A stretch of 64,000 bases of DNA from Cycas panzhihuaensis (GCA_023213395.1 CM041465.1:247015741-247079740), one strand, 5' to 3'. Positions 37,730 to 52,477 are shown, counted from the first letter of the stretch. Translations and numbers: made by a program. Notes: generated by a model not told the origin, from the sequence alone.

Positions 37730-37962
37730 GGAGTGATCTAACCCAAACCTCTACCCAACCATGAAGCAAAGCGCTACATTTTACTAGTTATGAGCTAAGA
37801 GGATTCATAAGTCTAAGAACATAGAAGATATTGAACCCTAGATTAAGCACCCTATTGGGGGTTAACCACTAAGGACTCTCTCAACTAATGATGATCTACC
37901 TATGAAGGTGGATAAATCGAGGATGTCCCTATCTAATTCTAGTGAGTTCACATACTAAGAGG

Positions 37963-38006
<44 letters not shown>

Positions 38007-38998
38007 CTCTCAACCCAAAGTATGGTAGGAAATCGATAAATTTAGAGTTTAGAACATAGTGATAAAATAATATCAAGAGAAAAGAATTTTGTATAGAGGG
38101 TATATCATATTCCATTCGATTAAAAGTCCCATCATAATGAGAAGCATATACTCTTAAAAAAGGATGAGCTTGTATACCAACAATGTCAAATCCTAAATAA
38201 TCAAGAACCTCCTTGCCAAGAGAGTAGGACCTAGTCTAAGGGGAACAAATAAGAACAAACACCTATATACAGATTAGTGTGTACTTTTAGATTGTATGAA
38301 ATCAACAAGCACCTAAACTATGCATAAACCATATAGTAATAATAAATAAAATCTAACCTAATGCATCTATATGGATATGCATTTATTTTAACTCTTTCTC
38401 TCTTTTTTTTTCTTTCTTTTTATTTAATTAAAAATGCCTCTAGCACCTAGCATACATTAGAAAGAAAACTAAGTCTTTTGATTGCACTTATGATTATCCT
38501 ATCCACTATGGCTTTAGTCTTATTATCTTTTGATTTCTAATTAGAAATAGCAACTAGATATCACACTAGTGAGTTTATCCTTTTCTATTTACTTTTCTTT
38601 TCAAGAGAAAAGGAATGAACAAGCAATAAATGTATAACCAATATAAATTGAAGGAATTTGTTTATAGGCTCCTTCTCTTTTTTCTCTTTAAGTTTAGATC
38701 AAAATAAACCAAAGTAAAATCTAAGTAATAAACAAAACTTATAATAAAGATAAAGTGCAGAATGGCCTACCTCTTACCCTTTTTAGAGAATCTTCCAAGT
38801 AATGTCACCACTTCTCAAGTAATAGTTTAATCAAACTAAGAGAGTTTTGCTTGCAACACACACAGTTAGTTATAATAATATAATGAAATCACTTGAAAAT
38901 AAAGATAATCATCAAGTGTTCTAACACAATTTTGGTATCATTTCTTCTACCCTAAATAATTATAATAGAATGCAAGGGATGAAGGAGCTTAGAACCCT
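37730..38998. repeat. Long dispersed repeat, copy 2, left piece
   Basis: Aligns to 430-600 joined to 17260-18178 (empty site for A); interrupted by the LINE. Confidence 0.8.
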
Positions 38999-39555
38999 GA
39001 GATTCTTATGGTGATTTTGAGAATTTTGAGCAGCAACAAGAGGGCAAAGTAATTCCAGGCAGTGACTAGGATTGGATCAAGAGGGTTTAGGCATCAGTCT
39101 GGGTGTCTCCAATCATTTGAGATCTCTTGGATAGAGCAACTATAGATGAAGGCCAGGGCCAGATGAAGATGGATGAAAGGAGTCAAGCTGGCATAACATT
39201 GAGAGGAGGGATATCCCACGGATGGTGGGAAGCATTTATATAGACAGAAAGCCAACGTAACTATGGGTTTGTAGATGGTTACTCTCTCTCCATCTACTCG
39301 AGGTTTAGAGTTCTACCTAGAGATGCTGGTGTAGGCGAGGGTAATAAGTCAACTTCTTATATAAGTTTAATCGAAGAGAGAAATATGATGGTGTGCAGCC
39401 TAAAGACTAAATTTGGAGATGAGAATAATTATATGAAAGGAAAATTTATAGATCTCATGTATCCAAGTGAGAATATTTGCTTCACCAGTATCTACCTACT
39501 AGTTTTTTTTTTTTTTTTTGTAAAGCAAATTGTTCCTTCATTAGTTTAAGTAGAA

Positions 39556-40824
39556 GTGATAGAGGTTATAGTAGAAACAAACTCTTTAAACCTAACTCAA
39601 AACCCTCCTCTAGGGAAAACATACTTGGAAGTTCTAAAAAATAGGAAAATGGAACCCTTCAAGATAAATCTAATTATTCAAGATGAGATAATAAAAATTC
39701 CCATTCCTAAGAAATTAACTAAGCAAAATGAAAAGTATTAGGAGCACAGCTTGGTTGGAAGATTTTTAGGGCTAAGACTTGGATTGGATATCATAAGAAA
39801 ATGGATAGTAAATAGACGGAGGATAAGGAACTCCATAGAGGTAATGGTTCTACTAAAAGGGTGTGTTCTTTTTAAATTTTTAAATCAAGGTGACATGGTT
39901 AATATCCTCATGAGATCTTAATGGATTTTAGGGAGGAAAGCCTTGTTTCTAGAGAAATGGAACCCAAACTTTGATCCCACAGTATCAACAGTGAAACAGG
40001 CTCTAGTTTAGGTGTAGATATCAGGGCTCCGTCTCTAAGTCTAAGATTTGGAGGTGATCAAGGGGGTAGCAAAAGCCATAGGTCCCTTACTTGCTATAGA
40101 GTCGACTACAAAGAATCAAAGTAGATTGATAAATGTTAGATTTTGTATATTAGTAAGTCTTAACAAAGCTCTCCTAGAATGAGTGAGAATTAAAACTAAG
40201 GGATGGAGTAAGGATCAAAACCTGGTATATGAATTGGAGAACATCACGTGTATAAAATACAAACGACTTTGTCACATTCCCTAGAATCACCCTACAGAGC
40301 TAAAGAAGGAAGATGGAGGGGAGAATGAGGTAGAGAAGAATCAGGACTCATTGAGGTAAATCCTTATCCCTAGGGAGGCTGATGGGAGGGCAAGTGCAAG
40401 GGTGACTAAGGGAATTAATCTAGATGCTAAGGATACTCTTTTTAAGGTTAAAGAGGAATTGAGCCAAGAAAAAAGAGTGGTTGATTGCTACTAAGAGCTC
40501 CCTCAAGAGAAGAAGGAGGAGGCAAGAGAAAGCTCTAGAGTTAGTGAGGACCTGGAAGGGATTCACCAAGTCACAACACATAAAAGTATAGATGGTCAAG
40601 AATCCCAAGTGCGAGAGGAAAGGATGGGGAGAGATAGAAAGAAAGACTTTTAGGAGGATTAGAAGGGAATAGGCCCGCATAGGGGCACAAATCTAGGGGG
40701 TGAGAGGAGGGTAGGGAGACCTAATCTAAAGATGGTAAGGGAAAGGGAGACGACATCCCAAATTAATTAAGGGAGCTAATAAACCATAAGGAAGGGAGGA
40801 AGAAGGACCAAAGTTAAGAAGTAA
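39556..40824 (+). pseudogene. LINE ORF1 (DUF4283-like plus zinc knuckle), decayed
   Basis: LVGRFLG...FLEKWNPNFDP...VRFCILV...QNLVYE motifs typical of plant L1 ORF1; ends approximate. Confidence 0.75.
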
Positions 40825-40827
40825 GAG

Positions 40828-43800
40828 ATGAAGATTGCTTCTTGGAATATAAGAGGCTTAAATGCCCCCTCAAAACAAAGAATAGTTAAAGACTTATACC
40901 TTAGATTGAACTTGGATATAATCATGATGTAGGAAACCAAGCTGAAGTCAAATAGTAGGACAGTAGCTAAAAGCAAGATTTGGAGATCAATGAAGATAGA
41001 AGCAAAGGATACCCATCAGGGATCAGGGAGGTTGGTTATCCTTTAGAACCTGAAGGATAGGCAGGGAGAGGTTTGTGCATTAGATGACTATTTTACATCC
41101 ATTTGGTTCACATACAGAGGGATTAATCATAGGTGGCTGGATACTAATTTTTACACTCCCACTATAGTAAAGGCTAGAAACTCTTACTAGGATAAAATTC
41201 TAGAGCACCACAAGAACTAGCAAGGAACATGGTTAGTGGGTGGTGATTTTAACATTACCCTATCCCCTAGAGAGAAAAAAAGGGGCACTTAAGGGGTGGA
41301 TGATGAGCATGATAGAACTAGGAGATTTTATCTAGAAAGGGAGCCTAATTGATGTAAATTTGAGGGGGGGGAAATATACATGGTCAAATAGTAGGTTAAG
41401 GGAATACCACATTCAAGTGAGGCTGAATAGGGTAATGATAAATTATGCATGGGCTAGCCATCATAATGACTTTAGGCTAGAGGTTCTTCCAAAGATGGTA
41501 GTAGACCATTCCCCACTGATGTTTGACTTTGATTTCACTAAGAAACATAGGGATGCTTCCTTTTGGTTTGAGTTGATGTGGACTAAGCACCCTGATCTTA
41601 GGAACTTGATAGCTAATTAGTAGAAGAATTTAATTAAGGGGACCATGATATTTAGATTCTCAAGAAAGTTGGGATGGGTGAAGAGAAAGATAAAAGAATA
41701 GAATAAAAGGGCTCATGGAAATATTTTCAAAACTAAGGACTAGATAACAAAGAAATTAAAAGGAGTAGAAGAGCAAATTCAAGAGGAGGGAAGATCTCAG
41801 ATGTTGGACCAAATAGAGAGAAATCTTCTTAGGAAATTTGAGGAGACCCTAGTTAAAGAAGAAATATTTTGGAAGTAGAAATCAAGGGCTCTTTAGTTAG
41901 CAAAGGGGGATAGGAATACCAAATTCTTTCATATGATGACACTAAAGCATAGGGTTTATAATCAAATTAGTAAGTTATGTAATAATAGGTAGAAAGCAAC
42001 AAGGGGGTAGAGATCAAGAAAGTAGTGATAGAGTACTTTCAAGATCTATTTGAGGAGCCAGGTTGTTAAGATCTAATGGATAGGAGGGAGTTTATGGAGT
42101 TGATTCCTGAGTTGGTGGGTGATGAGTAGAATAAGGAATTAAAGACCTCTTTTTCCTTAGAGGAGGTCAAAGGTGATATCTTTGGTATGAAGATGGATAA
42201 AGCACCTAGGTTGGATGGCTTCTCACTAAGATTCTTCTAAATTTATGGGGATATCATAAAGGAGGATCTTATGAAGGCTTTGGGAGAATTCCATTAGAAC
42301 AGGAAAATATTGGGGGAGTGGCAAGTTACTTTCTTAATGTTGATCTTGAAAAAAGAAGGCACAAAGATGATATAAGAATATAGAATAATTAGCCTATGCA
42401 ATATGATATATAAAATTCTAGCAAAAGTAATGGCTAATAGATTAAAGAATATTCTTCCCTCTATTATCTCTCTCAATCAAGATGGGTTTGTGAAAGGGAC
42501 ATAGATCTTAGATGGGGTCATAATAATCCATGAGATGATCCATTCATCCCATCAGAGGAAGGAGCTAGGGACGATTATAAAGATTAATTTATCCAAAGCT
42601 TATGATAGGGTATCATGGAACTATTTATTGGAGTGTCTCCAAGAGTTTGGATTTAGAGATAGGTGGAGAGAGTACATAGCCAATTATATATCCAAGCCCC
42701 AATAATTAATTATGATCAGTGGAACATTGATAGGTTTCTTTCCTAGGCATAGGGGACTTCAACAAGGAGATCCTCTCTCTCCTTATTTATTCATTATCTT
42801 AGCTAAATTATTAGGGAGAGTGACAGAGGAGGCTATGAGATAAGGGGTGATCAAGGGGATAAGCCTACCTCTTGAGTTGCAAATATAGTCCATCACCAAT
42901 TTGTTAACGATAATATTTTACTAGGGAAGGCTTCCCTTAATGAGGCTTGAGCGATCAAAGGAGGTCTTGAGCATTTTGAGATAGCTATGAACTAAAGGGT
43001 CAATCTGAAAAAGAGTAGTATTTTTTTCATGAACACCAAGGAGAGGGGACAAAGGAAGATTAGTAGGATCCTAGAAATGCCTCTTAGGAAGCTACCCACT
43101 ATCCATTTAGGGATGCCTCTATTTGTAGGAAAGATGATGAAGGAGATTTGGACCCCTATTATAGATTGTATCCAAAGAAAGTTGGTAAGTTAGAAGTGAT
43201 CCTTACTAAGTCAGTCAAGTAAGTTTTAATTGTTATTAGCCTCACTCTAGAGTATCCCTATTTATATGACATTGATCTTTAGGATCTCATCTAAAGTAAT
43301 GTCAACATTGGAATCTATACAAAAGAGATTCATATGATCAGGAGTTGAGGAGAAGGATAGGATCCATTTGGCAGTATGGGAGAAAGTATGCTTTCCCAAA
43401 TGGGCAAGTGGTTTGAACATAAGGAGAACGATAACTTTTAATAGAGCTCTAGTGGTGAAATTAGGGTGGCTCTGGCCAAGGAAAAAGGAGTGCTTTAGGA
43501 AAAGATTTTATCTCAGAAATATCACCGTGGTCAAAATTTCCTAATGGAAGATCCTATGGTGACTTCAGGCTCTTCAATATGGAGAAGTATTTTACAATCT
43601 AAATAGATGCTAGCCCTAGACATATTGTGGAAGTTGGGGAATGAAGCCACCATAATTTTTTGGGAAGATGTTTGGTGTGGGCATACATAGTTAAAAATGA
43701 GGCCAAAGTTGGACACCTTACAGGAAGCATGCAAAAGAGTTTACAGTATAAACGTCAAAGATTATTGGGTGGATTAGGGATGGACCAGGAAATGGAGAAT

Positions 43801-44900
43801 GTTTGAGGAATTAGAGAGGGACTTGAGCATGAGGGAATCAATAGAAGCCCTTAGAAAAGACTTATTACTATGATGTATTCCCAAAATAAAATAGGCATAC
43901 TTGATAGTTTGGCCACTCTCTCATTCTAGGGATTATTTCGTGAAGCATTGGTACCTTTTTTAATGTCGAAAAGAGGGGGCTCTCTACACCCCTTTATTGG
44001 ATAGAGTGTGTAAGTTGGGATTGATTCCTAATATAGTAGTTTTTTGGTGGCTATGTTTAAAGAATAAGATATTGACAGTGGATAATCTGTAGAGAAGGGT
44101 TTTTATCATAAAAAATAGATGTGAATTATATCGTGTGGTAGAGGAGTTGGTGGAACACATTCTTCTATATTGCTCTTATTCTAGGAATATATTGAAGGTT
44201 ATCTAGGCCAAGTTTGGCATGGAGTGGGTGTTCACTAAAACACTGAAGGAGCAAGTCATGGCTTAGAAGAGCCCTTGAAAAGTAGGAACCTGACACATAT
44301 CTAGCAAATTACTATGCCAGTGATGAATTAGAACTTATGGAAGGAGAGGAATAGAAGATTATTTCAGGAGAAGTAGATGGACAAAGTTAGGCTCCCTAGA
44401 TCTATCTGCATTATGATTTTGGAGATCACCAACATGCAGGTTGAAGAAGAGAATTACATCCTAGAATCGAAAGGGGTTGTATTAAAAATTTGGGGGGAAG
44501 GGAGGCTACAAGTTAGTATGGGCAAGAGGAAAAGATATTATCAGAGGGGGGAATTATTTGGGCTTTTGTAAAGTATTATGGCAAACAAACAAATCACAGG
44601 GCAGAAATGGTAGTAATGTGGAAAATAGTAAGCATGGCCATAGAGGAAGGCCATGATAGGATTATTATAGAGGGGGACTCTCTAATGTAATAAATATACT
44701 TAGAGGTAAGATTGTGCCTAACTGGAAAAATGCAGCCATGATCAAGGATGCCCAAGGCATCCTTAGGATTAAAGAGGACGTAAAGGTTCTTCATACATTT
44801 AAAGAAGGGAATGGGGTTCCAGACAAATTGGCAAACTAGGGAGTATTGTACCAAAGGGCTTATGTATGGAAAGAGGATTTCCCTGACGATATTTTGAGTC
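40828..44900 (+). pseudogene. LINE ORF2 (APE endonuclease, RT, zinc finger, RNase H-like), decayed
   Basis: MKIASWNIRGLN, GGDFN, DHSPL, KGDRNTKFFH, SKAYDRVSW, GLQQGDPLSPYLF, EHILLYC, IIIEGDSL. Confidence 0.92.
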
Positions 44901-45120
44901 AGGTTAAGGAAGATTTGAAAGCCATATCCCATAGGGATGAACAAAGCTAGCCATTAAGCCTTCCATGGTAAGGGAGGGATAGTTGGGTCACATTAGAAGG
45001 TAGGGGATAGTTAGGCCATGGGCTTGTCATGGCGGAACTAATAGTCGAAAGGCAAACTTTGTAATAGGGTTGGGGCCCTTTTCAAACCCCTTTATTTTTA
45101 CCTTATCAAAAAAAAAAAAA

Positions 45121-46381
45121 GGAGCTTGTAACCCTATGGAGAAGGGTTTAAGATTTCCTTGTAAAGTCCTTAAGCTAATCCACTAGAGAGGTCATTATCA
45201 TTGAGCCTATGTATACAAACATCTCCTCGAGTTAAGAGTTAGAACCTTCAAGAAAAGGGCCCTAACCCTTCGATAAAGATAGTTATGCTAAGCAAGTAAT
45301 AATTTGAGACTTCAAATTAAAAGGAAAACCAACTAAACTTAATATGACATAAGTTAAGAGCACTCTTAAGTTCCAATTATGAAACTAATAAGAAAAAATT
45401 GTAAATAAAATAGTATAAACTAACTAATCAAATACCACCATGAGGAATATGATGGGGGGGTTACCTCAAATCAATGCCATGATAACTCAGATCCTCTAAG
45501 TTGAGCTCCAAAATGGGAAAAGATGCATTAAAGGTCTCCCAATGATGAAAGTAGAACCAATATAAAAGATTTATATAAAAGAGAGTGAGAAAGAAAAATG
45601 CTAATAAATGAAGAAGGTTCCAACCTCGAGTATGTACAGCCTAATCCTTGAATATATCCCAATAAAGATCTAATCCTTAGTCCAACAAGTCATTCAAAGA
45701 ATGCCAAAGGGTTGTAAGAGGTTAAGATGAAATTTTAGTAGCACTTTGTCACAGAAAGCATGGTCCCCATTTTTCTTAATAAATAAGTGAGTATTTATAA
45801 GAGAAATGAAGGTTAATGGTCTGGTAAAATGGGGAGAAATTTTGGCAATAGTTTTGTATAAAATAGTCTTCATATGGTACCAAAAAATGGCCTACTTTTT
45901 TTTTTTTATGTGGGATAATTAGAAATCATGACCAATAATAAAATTCATAACATTTTAAAAATAACTAAAATAGTGAATTTCAACATTTGGTATAGTTGAT
46001 TAAGAAGGTTGTGGTTTAAGGCAATACAAAAATTGCAACAAATAGAATTTAATCAAACTATAATTTTTTTTCAAAAAAATGTAATGAGTCTTCTTTCTAA
46101 GATTGTACAATGAGCCTAATGAGGGGTTAAACAAAGTAAAAATGTTAAATAAGGACATAATAAAAGTAATTAATCAGTAAACAATAGGTTTTAAAATTCA
46201 TAAAAAATCTTAAAAGGAATTGGAGCAATGGTTTGGCATGAGCTTGAGAGCACCAAATAAGTGACTGTATTAAGTTCTATACATCATAGGTAATTATTAA
46301 AATAAGCACAAGCATAATCACACCAAGCAATCATCTAGTCATCATGTCAATCAATTTAATTATTGTTGATACCTAATCAAA
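45121..46381. repeat. Long dispersed repeat, copy 2, right piece
   Basis: Colinear with ~18164-19472. Confidence 0.8.
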
Positions 46382-46608
46382 CCATAGTAGTAAATGAGAT
46401 AAGACATTGGACCTAATTGATGTTAAGAGGGACTAAGCAAACCAAAACAAAAGTCTAAGCTATAAATATGTCAAGAAGATCCATAAGGATATATTCAACT
46501 AAATGAATATGTGATATAGGCTTGTTTTGAGCTATCTTACAAAATTTGCTCAACTCAAAAATCTAAATACTAGTTAAAGGTAGGGGCACAAAATATGCAT
46601 AAGGTTGT

Positions 46609-46826
46609 TTTTATGGACCTAACTTATAAAACTTAATTAATTAGGACTTTTAATTATTTAGTTAAGGAAAATTTATATCCTCTAAAAACAAACATTCTTA
46701 CCAATATAAATAGCTATGTATATAATGACTTTATCATTAGGTTTTTATTAATACAACTTATTGGAGTTTTCATATTTCATAATATTCTACAATGAGTTCT
46801 CATTTGTATTATCAAATTCCCTAACA
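46609..46826 (+). repeat. Element E 5' LTR
   Basis: ..TTATGGACCTAA...TTCCCTAACA; repeat of 55884-56100. Confidence 0.85.
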
Positions 46827-48299
46827 AGTGGTATTAGAGTAAGATTAGTTTAGTCAACAATAATTATTTCTGGCTCACTTAGTATGCATACACAACATCT
46901 TAACCATGTAGAATTCCCTATAGAGAGTAGTGGATTAAAATGAGTATACCATGACATCATCTTCTCATTGAGCAAACATAATAAAGGTAGGAATTATTAG
47001 TAAGAAAACCTAGGAGTGAAATTGCATAATAGAGGATAAGTCAAGAATGGCTTATTTGATGTGGCATCTACCTTATGTTAGTCAATAATAAGAAGATGTC
47101 ATTCATTATATTAGTCCTTATTTAGACATGATCCTATCAAAGCAAAGATTCTAGTTAGAAAAACTTAAGCTCAATAAGTAAATCGCTATAAAGGCATCCT
47201 CATTCAAAGGTGATCTCTTAATGCAACGGGTGGAGGGTTAGCTTAGATAATTGAGTAAGTAAGAGTGTAGCAAGAGTCACATTGTTTCTATAGTTTTTCA
47301 TTAAGAAGGTGCAATTTGGTGGTCTATAATTACTTGGTAATTCATTAAGTTAGTAAGGACATGCATTTACACCCACAATGCAACCCAAAACATCATCAAA
47401 ATCAAATATATATTACTATAAAGGCACTTAAAATATTAGCATTTGTATATTCTATGTTGAATAGAGAATATTCACTCTTTAATCTATTCATTCAAATCAA
47501 TCTCATAAGAGTCACCACATAATTTTTTTACCATTATTTTTTATATACACACCTATTCACATTAAACTATTTATATCTTTCGCATGGGTTGTCAGTTTCC
47601 CTCGACATGAACTTCATTAGTTTACACATTGATTTATGTTTTAAATGAGTTATTATATAATATATTTTAAGAGCATTTCATTCTAATTTTTGTCTTCATA
47701 AGTCAATTAAAAGAATTCTTGAGTGTTTTGTGAGATTTAGGTATTAATCTTCTAATGATTAAAATTTGGCCATCTAATATCTAATTTCATAATTTTCTTT
47801 TTTCAATTTTGCATATTTTTTTTCACGTCTATATATAAATTTCTAGGAAATAAAGGCTAGTAAGGGTACTATTTCCTTATAAGCTAGATCAAAAGTATGA
47901 TGCCAAGAGTCAATGATAACCAAATTAGAATACCTATTTGAAATGGAAGAGGTGAAAGAAAAATAATTCTTAAGTCATATATTATAGCCATCAATGAGGC
48001 CAATACTCACAACTTCATCATATTATAAGAAACATTGGGTTACCAATTATAAACCATCACTAACTCCATCAATACCATGTTTAATAGATTGGTTAATATA
48101 TTGGTAGGTCCCAAGGATACAAGTAGAAAGGGTAAGATTATAAGCACTACTAGAAAAACTCAAAATTAAAAATCGATGAAAGGGAGCTTACCATCATTTA
48201 TAAATCAATTAATATTAGGTAGGACATCCTAGTGAAGCACTTCAAAAATATTAAGATGACTATAAAAATGTAATACCTAAGTACTAGAAAGTCATAGGA

Positions 48300-51200
48300 T
48301 TTTAGACATGCTTCAACTACCTAAAATCTATGCACTCATGAAAGAAGAAAATTTTCAAAAAAATAGTGATTTAGGGCCTCAACTTAGAGTAGAAATCACA
48401 AGAATTAAGGGTCTAAATTTAGTAAGTGAAGTAGTGTTTTTAACTAATAGATGTAGATAACAATGAGCAAGTTCAAGTGGCCACGCTACACCTAAACAAT
48501 ATGGCATGTGAAAGGTGGTAGAATCTCGAATATACTAGTTATAATTCCTAACTTCCACCATGAAATGTATTTTAATATTATTCCTTGAATGATTTGAGAT
48601 TATCATGAATTGTAACTACTACTGTGAATTCTAAAAACTTAAAAGAAAAAGGATTTAGTGGAGGATTATGATATGGCCTTTACCAAATCGTCTTACATAA
48701 TTAAAGATATATCTCAAGACAAAATGATGCAATTATATATCAATGACTTAACCACATAAATTTAAGTAAACATCTTAACATGAGAACCACTAACCTTGTA
48801 TAAGGATAAGGTTAAGTCCTTAATTAAAGCCAGGTTTAGGAGTTATTTTCTCTAGGCAAATGTAATAATACCCTCCTAAGTAACATCATTAGGGAAGAGG
48901 CTTGTAGTCTCTAATAAATCTCTTAATCCAACCAACAAACCTTTTAACTTATCTAGATAAGTGAGACCCACACTACAAAGATCTAAAGTAGAACATGGTA
49001 ACTTAAGGATGAAAGTCCTTTATTTTAGAGGCATTAAACTATAGACATTAGGGCACAAATGTAGTTGAAATTTAATTTTCACCATCAAACTAGAGCTAAG
49101 CAAAGATGATCTATCAAAAGGTGAGGCCAACCCTAAGCTAGAGATCAATACTAAAGAGATACTAATATCAAATAAAAATGTATTACAAATTTCTCTCTCA
49201 ACCATGATGGGAATCACTTAATAAGACACCCTTAAGTGATGTAGATTTATCAGGAAGTAACTTATTATAATATTTGTTAATGTAGGAAGCACTAATAATT
49301 TCATGGATAAGTATATAGCACAACACTTAAAGTTCTTTCTAATGTAAATCATGAAGTTCATAATCTAACTAGAGGGAAGGTAATTTATTTTAAGCTAAGG
49401 AGTATTAGAATAACATAAACTCAATATTAAAGATGTACTCCTCACCAAATATTTCTACATAGTAAGAGTAAATGGTCACAATATAATTCTAGGTAGCCAA
49501 TAGCTAAAGAAAATTAGGACATTTGAAATAGATCTAAAGGAAATGTTCATATAGTGTAAATAAAAAAGTAGAACCATCACCTTACGAGGGGAATGACTAG
49601 GAAAAATATAGCTCCTATCATGCCATCAAATGGAAAAATTAATAAAAAAAGGACAACCCAGGGTTGCATTCTAATAATTTTTATTGTAAATAGAAGTTAG
49701 GGAAGATAACCAATAAGAACTTAATCTACAAGACATTTTTCATAAACATGACCAAGTTTTTCAAGAACTCCCTACGTAATTATAACCAAATAGGAGTATG
49801 GAGCATACTATTGAGCTAGAACATGGTATCGATTTGATCATGATCTAACCTTATAGACACCCTCACCACTATTGAATATAAATTGAAAGGATAGTTTAAG
49901 AACTAATAGATCTAAGGCCTATAATACTTAACAAAATCCTATTTGTAGCCCTTCTAATGTGGTGAGAAAGAAAGATAAATCATTCAAGATGTTCATTGAC
50001 TATCAGTCCCTAAATACTACTATAATCAAAAATCATTTTTTGATCTCTAGAATTGATAAGCTCCTTAATGAACTATATGGGGTTGAATACTTTGTGAAGA
50101 TTTATTTAAGATCTAACTATCACCAAATTTAGATAAGAGAGGAAGGTACTCTTAAGATAATATTTCATATCTACCATAAGCATTATGAATTTAAGGTGAT
50201 ATCATTCAGACTCACCAATGCCTCTACTACCTTCTAGGTATTAATAAATAAGTTACTAGCCCCATTCTTAAGAAAAATCACATTGGCTTAATTCAATGGT
50301 ATTCTAATCTATAGCAAGGGTTAGAAAACCATGTCACCCATGTTGACAAAATCCTAAGCACACTACAGGCAAATAAGATCTTTACCAAATGCTCTAAATG
50401 CACTTTTAGCAAAGAAGAAATCAAATATTTAGACCACATTCCAAGATAAGAAGGAGTCAAGGTTGATCTAAAAATGATTAAAGCCATTCTGGATTCACCC
50501 AATCTAAGAAACAATACCTAATTCAGAGGGCTCTTGGAAGTAACTAGATACTACAATTGTTTTATAATAAACTAGCTAAAAAAACCTTAATACTAATAAA
50601 CCTACTAAAGAAAGATGCCTCCCAATGCAATAAGAATATACAAGAATGTTTGGAGAGACTAAAGGAAATCATGACCTCAATCCTTGTGTTAATTTTACCT
50701 AACTTCTCTAAGCCTTTCACCATCAAATGTAATGCATTTGGGACTAGAATATGAGTAGTGCTCATGCAAGAAGGAAGAACAATAACCTTCGAAAGTAACA
50801 AATTAAATCATCATAAACAATTTAAATTCACATATGATAAAGAAATACTTGCTATAGTGAATTCCCTACTGGGTTGCAAATTCATAGTTAAAATAGGCTA
50901 TAATAGCTTATAGTATATCTTAAAGCAAAAATAACTATCTCTAAAACAGCAAAAGTGAATAAGCAAATTGCATGTATTCAAGTTTGAGATAGTATATAAT
51001 AAGAGGAAGCTCAACATGGCTATAGATGTCCTATCTTGGAAGGAAGAGGAACTCAAACTCTATGTAGTTTCCATGGTATTTCCAAGTTGGATAAAAGATA
51101 TTCATATATAATACACCAAGAATATAGAAGTTTAATAGCTTTTGATGCAGATACAACATGGCAAATAGGACAAGTTCAAATAGAGAAATAATATCATATA

Positions 51201-52168
51201 GTATGAAAGATAAATCTTTTTATGTCTTATTTCTAAGTTACACAATAAGATTATGGAAGAGGGGCGCTTAGTTTCGATGGCCATCTACGTAGGATTTTTC
51301 AAGATGTATCTTTAGATCAAATGGTTGTTTTACTAGAAGGAAATAAAAAAAGAAATCTAGAAATTTATGGCAAAATGACTGGAATATTAAACAACCAAGT
51401 ATGAATGCATAACATTACCAAGACTACTACAAGCCTTAATTATTCCTTAATAAAAATGGAAAAGTATTAGTATAAACTTCATAATTAGCATACCAAAAAT
51501 AGAATCCAAAGATGTAATATATGTGGTTGTTCATCACCTAACTAAATTTTTCTATTTTATGGCCATATAATATATCAATAAGGCCCCTCAGGTAGTTGAA
51601 GAATTTATGAAAGAAGTTTATCATTTCTACATATTTCCATAAGTCACCATAAGTGATAAGTATTCCAAATCCTTGAGTTAGTTTTAGTAGGAGTTGTTTA
51701 AAGTAGGAACCATGTCAACCATAAATATTAGTTGTCATTCTCAAATTGATGGATAGATAGAAGTAATAAATAAATGCTTAAAAGGTTAGTTCAAGAACTA
51801 TGTGGCAAATAAACAAAACACCTAGGTCAAACAACTACATCTTATAGAGGTATGGTATAACTTCATATTCTACATAGCCATCTGGATGTCACCTTTTAAA
51901 ACATTGTGTAGTTATAATCTTACATAATTAAAAGATTGGGTATCTAAGGATATTTATATTCTAGTGGTAGGGAATTATTTATAAGATGCTTAGGACACCA
52001 TCTGTATGTTGAAGGAGTACTTAACTAAAGCATTTAATTAAATGAGGTAATAGATAGATAAGTATCGCATGGTATAAGAATTTATAGAACGAGGTTGGAT
52101 CCATGTTTGACTATAACCCTACAAATAATCATTACTCAAAAGAACACGAAGAGAAAAAAGTAAGTCTT
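48300..52168 (+). pseudogene. pol: Element E gag-pol relic (continues at 55540-55850 with the chromodomain)
   Basis: EQVQVATLHL (gag), VGSTNNFMD (PR), FIDYQSLN and LTNAST (RT), LILPNFSKPFTIKCNA (RH), integrase relics; colinear with D. Confidence 0.85.
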
Positions 52169-52477
52169 TATTAGAAATTTAAAACGTAATATATACAAAC
52201 AATAATGGTGAGTTAAAGATATACTAATAAAGCTCAAATAAGATAAAGTATGTACAACAAATAAACACCAGATATGGAGAATTGGCCAAAACTCAAATTA
52301 GAAAAAATGATAGGGTGCATACTTATAGTACATGCTCACCATTAGCGAAAGAACCTCATTGGTCAATCTAGAGGTGGCATGCATCTCTATGTGGCCTATA
52401 ACTTCAAATATAAAATATAAGTAATGTAGAGAGAGATTACATAGGGGTAATTATATAATTGGGTATTATACCAAATA
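52169..52477 (-). repeat. Element F 3' LTR
   Basis: Direct repeat of 55227-55534. Confidence 0.88.

Larger units (their letters stand above)
38999..45120 (+). mobile_element. L1-clade LINE, apparently full length, decayed
   Basis: ~15-bp TSD ggagcttAGaaccct (38984-38998) / ggagcttGTaaccct (45121-45135); poly(A) tail; empty site in repeat copy 1 (ggagcttaaaaccctatggagaagg). Confidence 0.95.
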
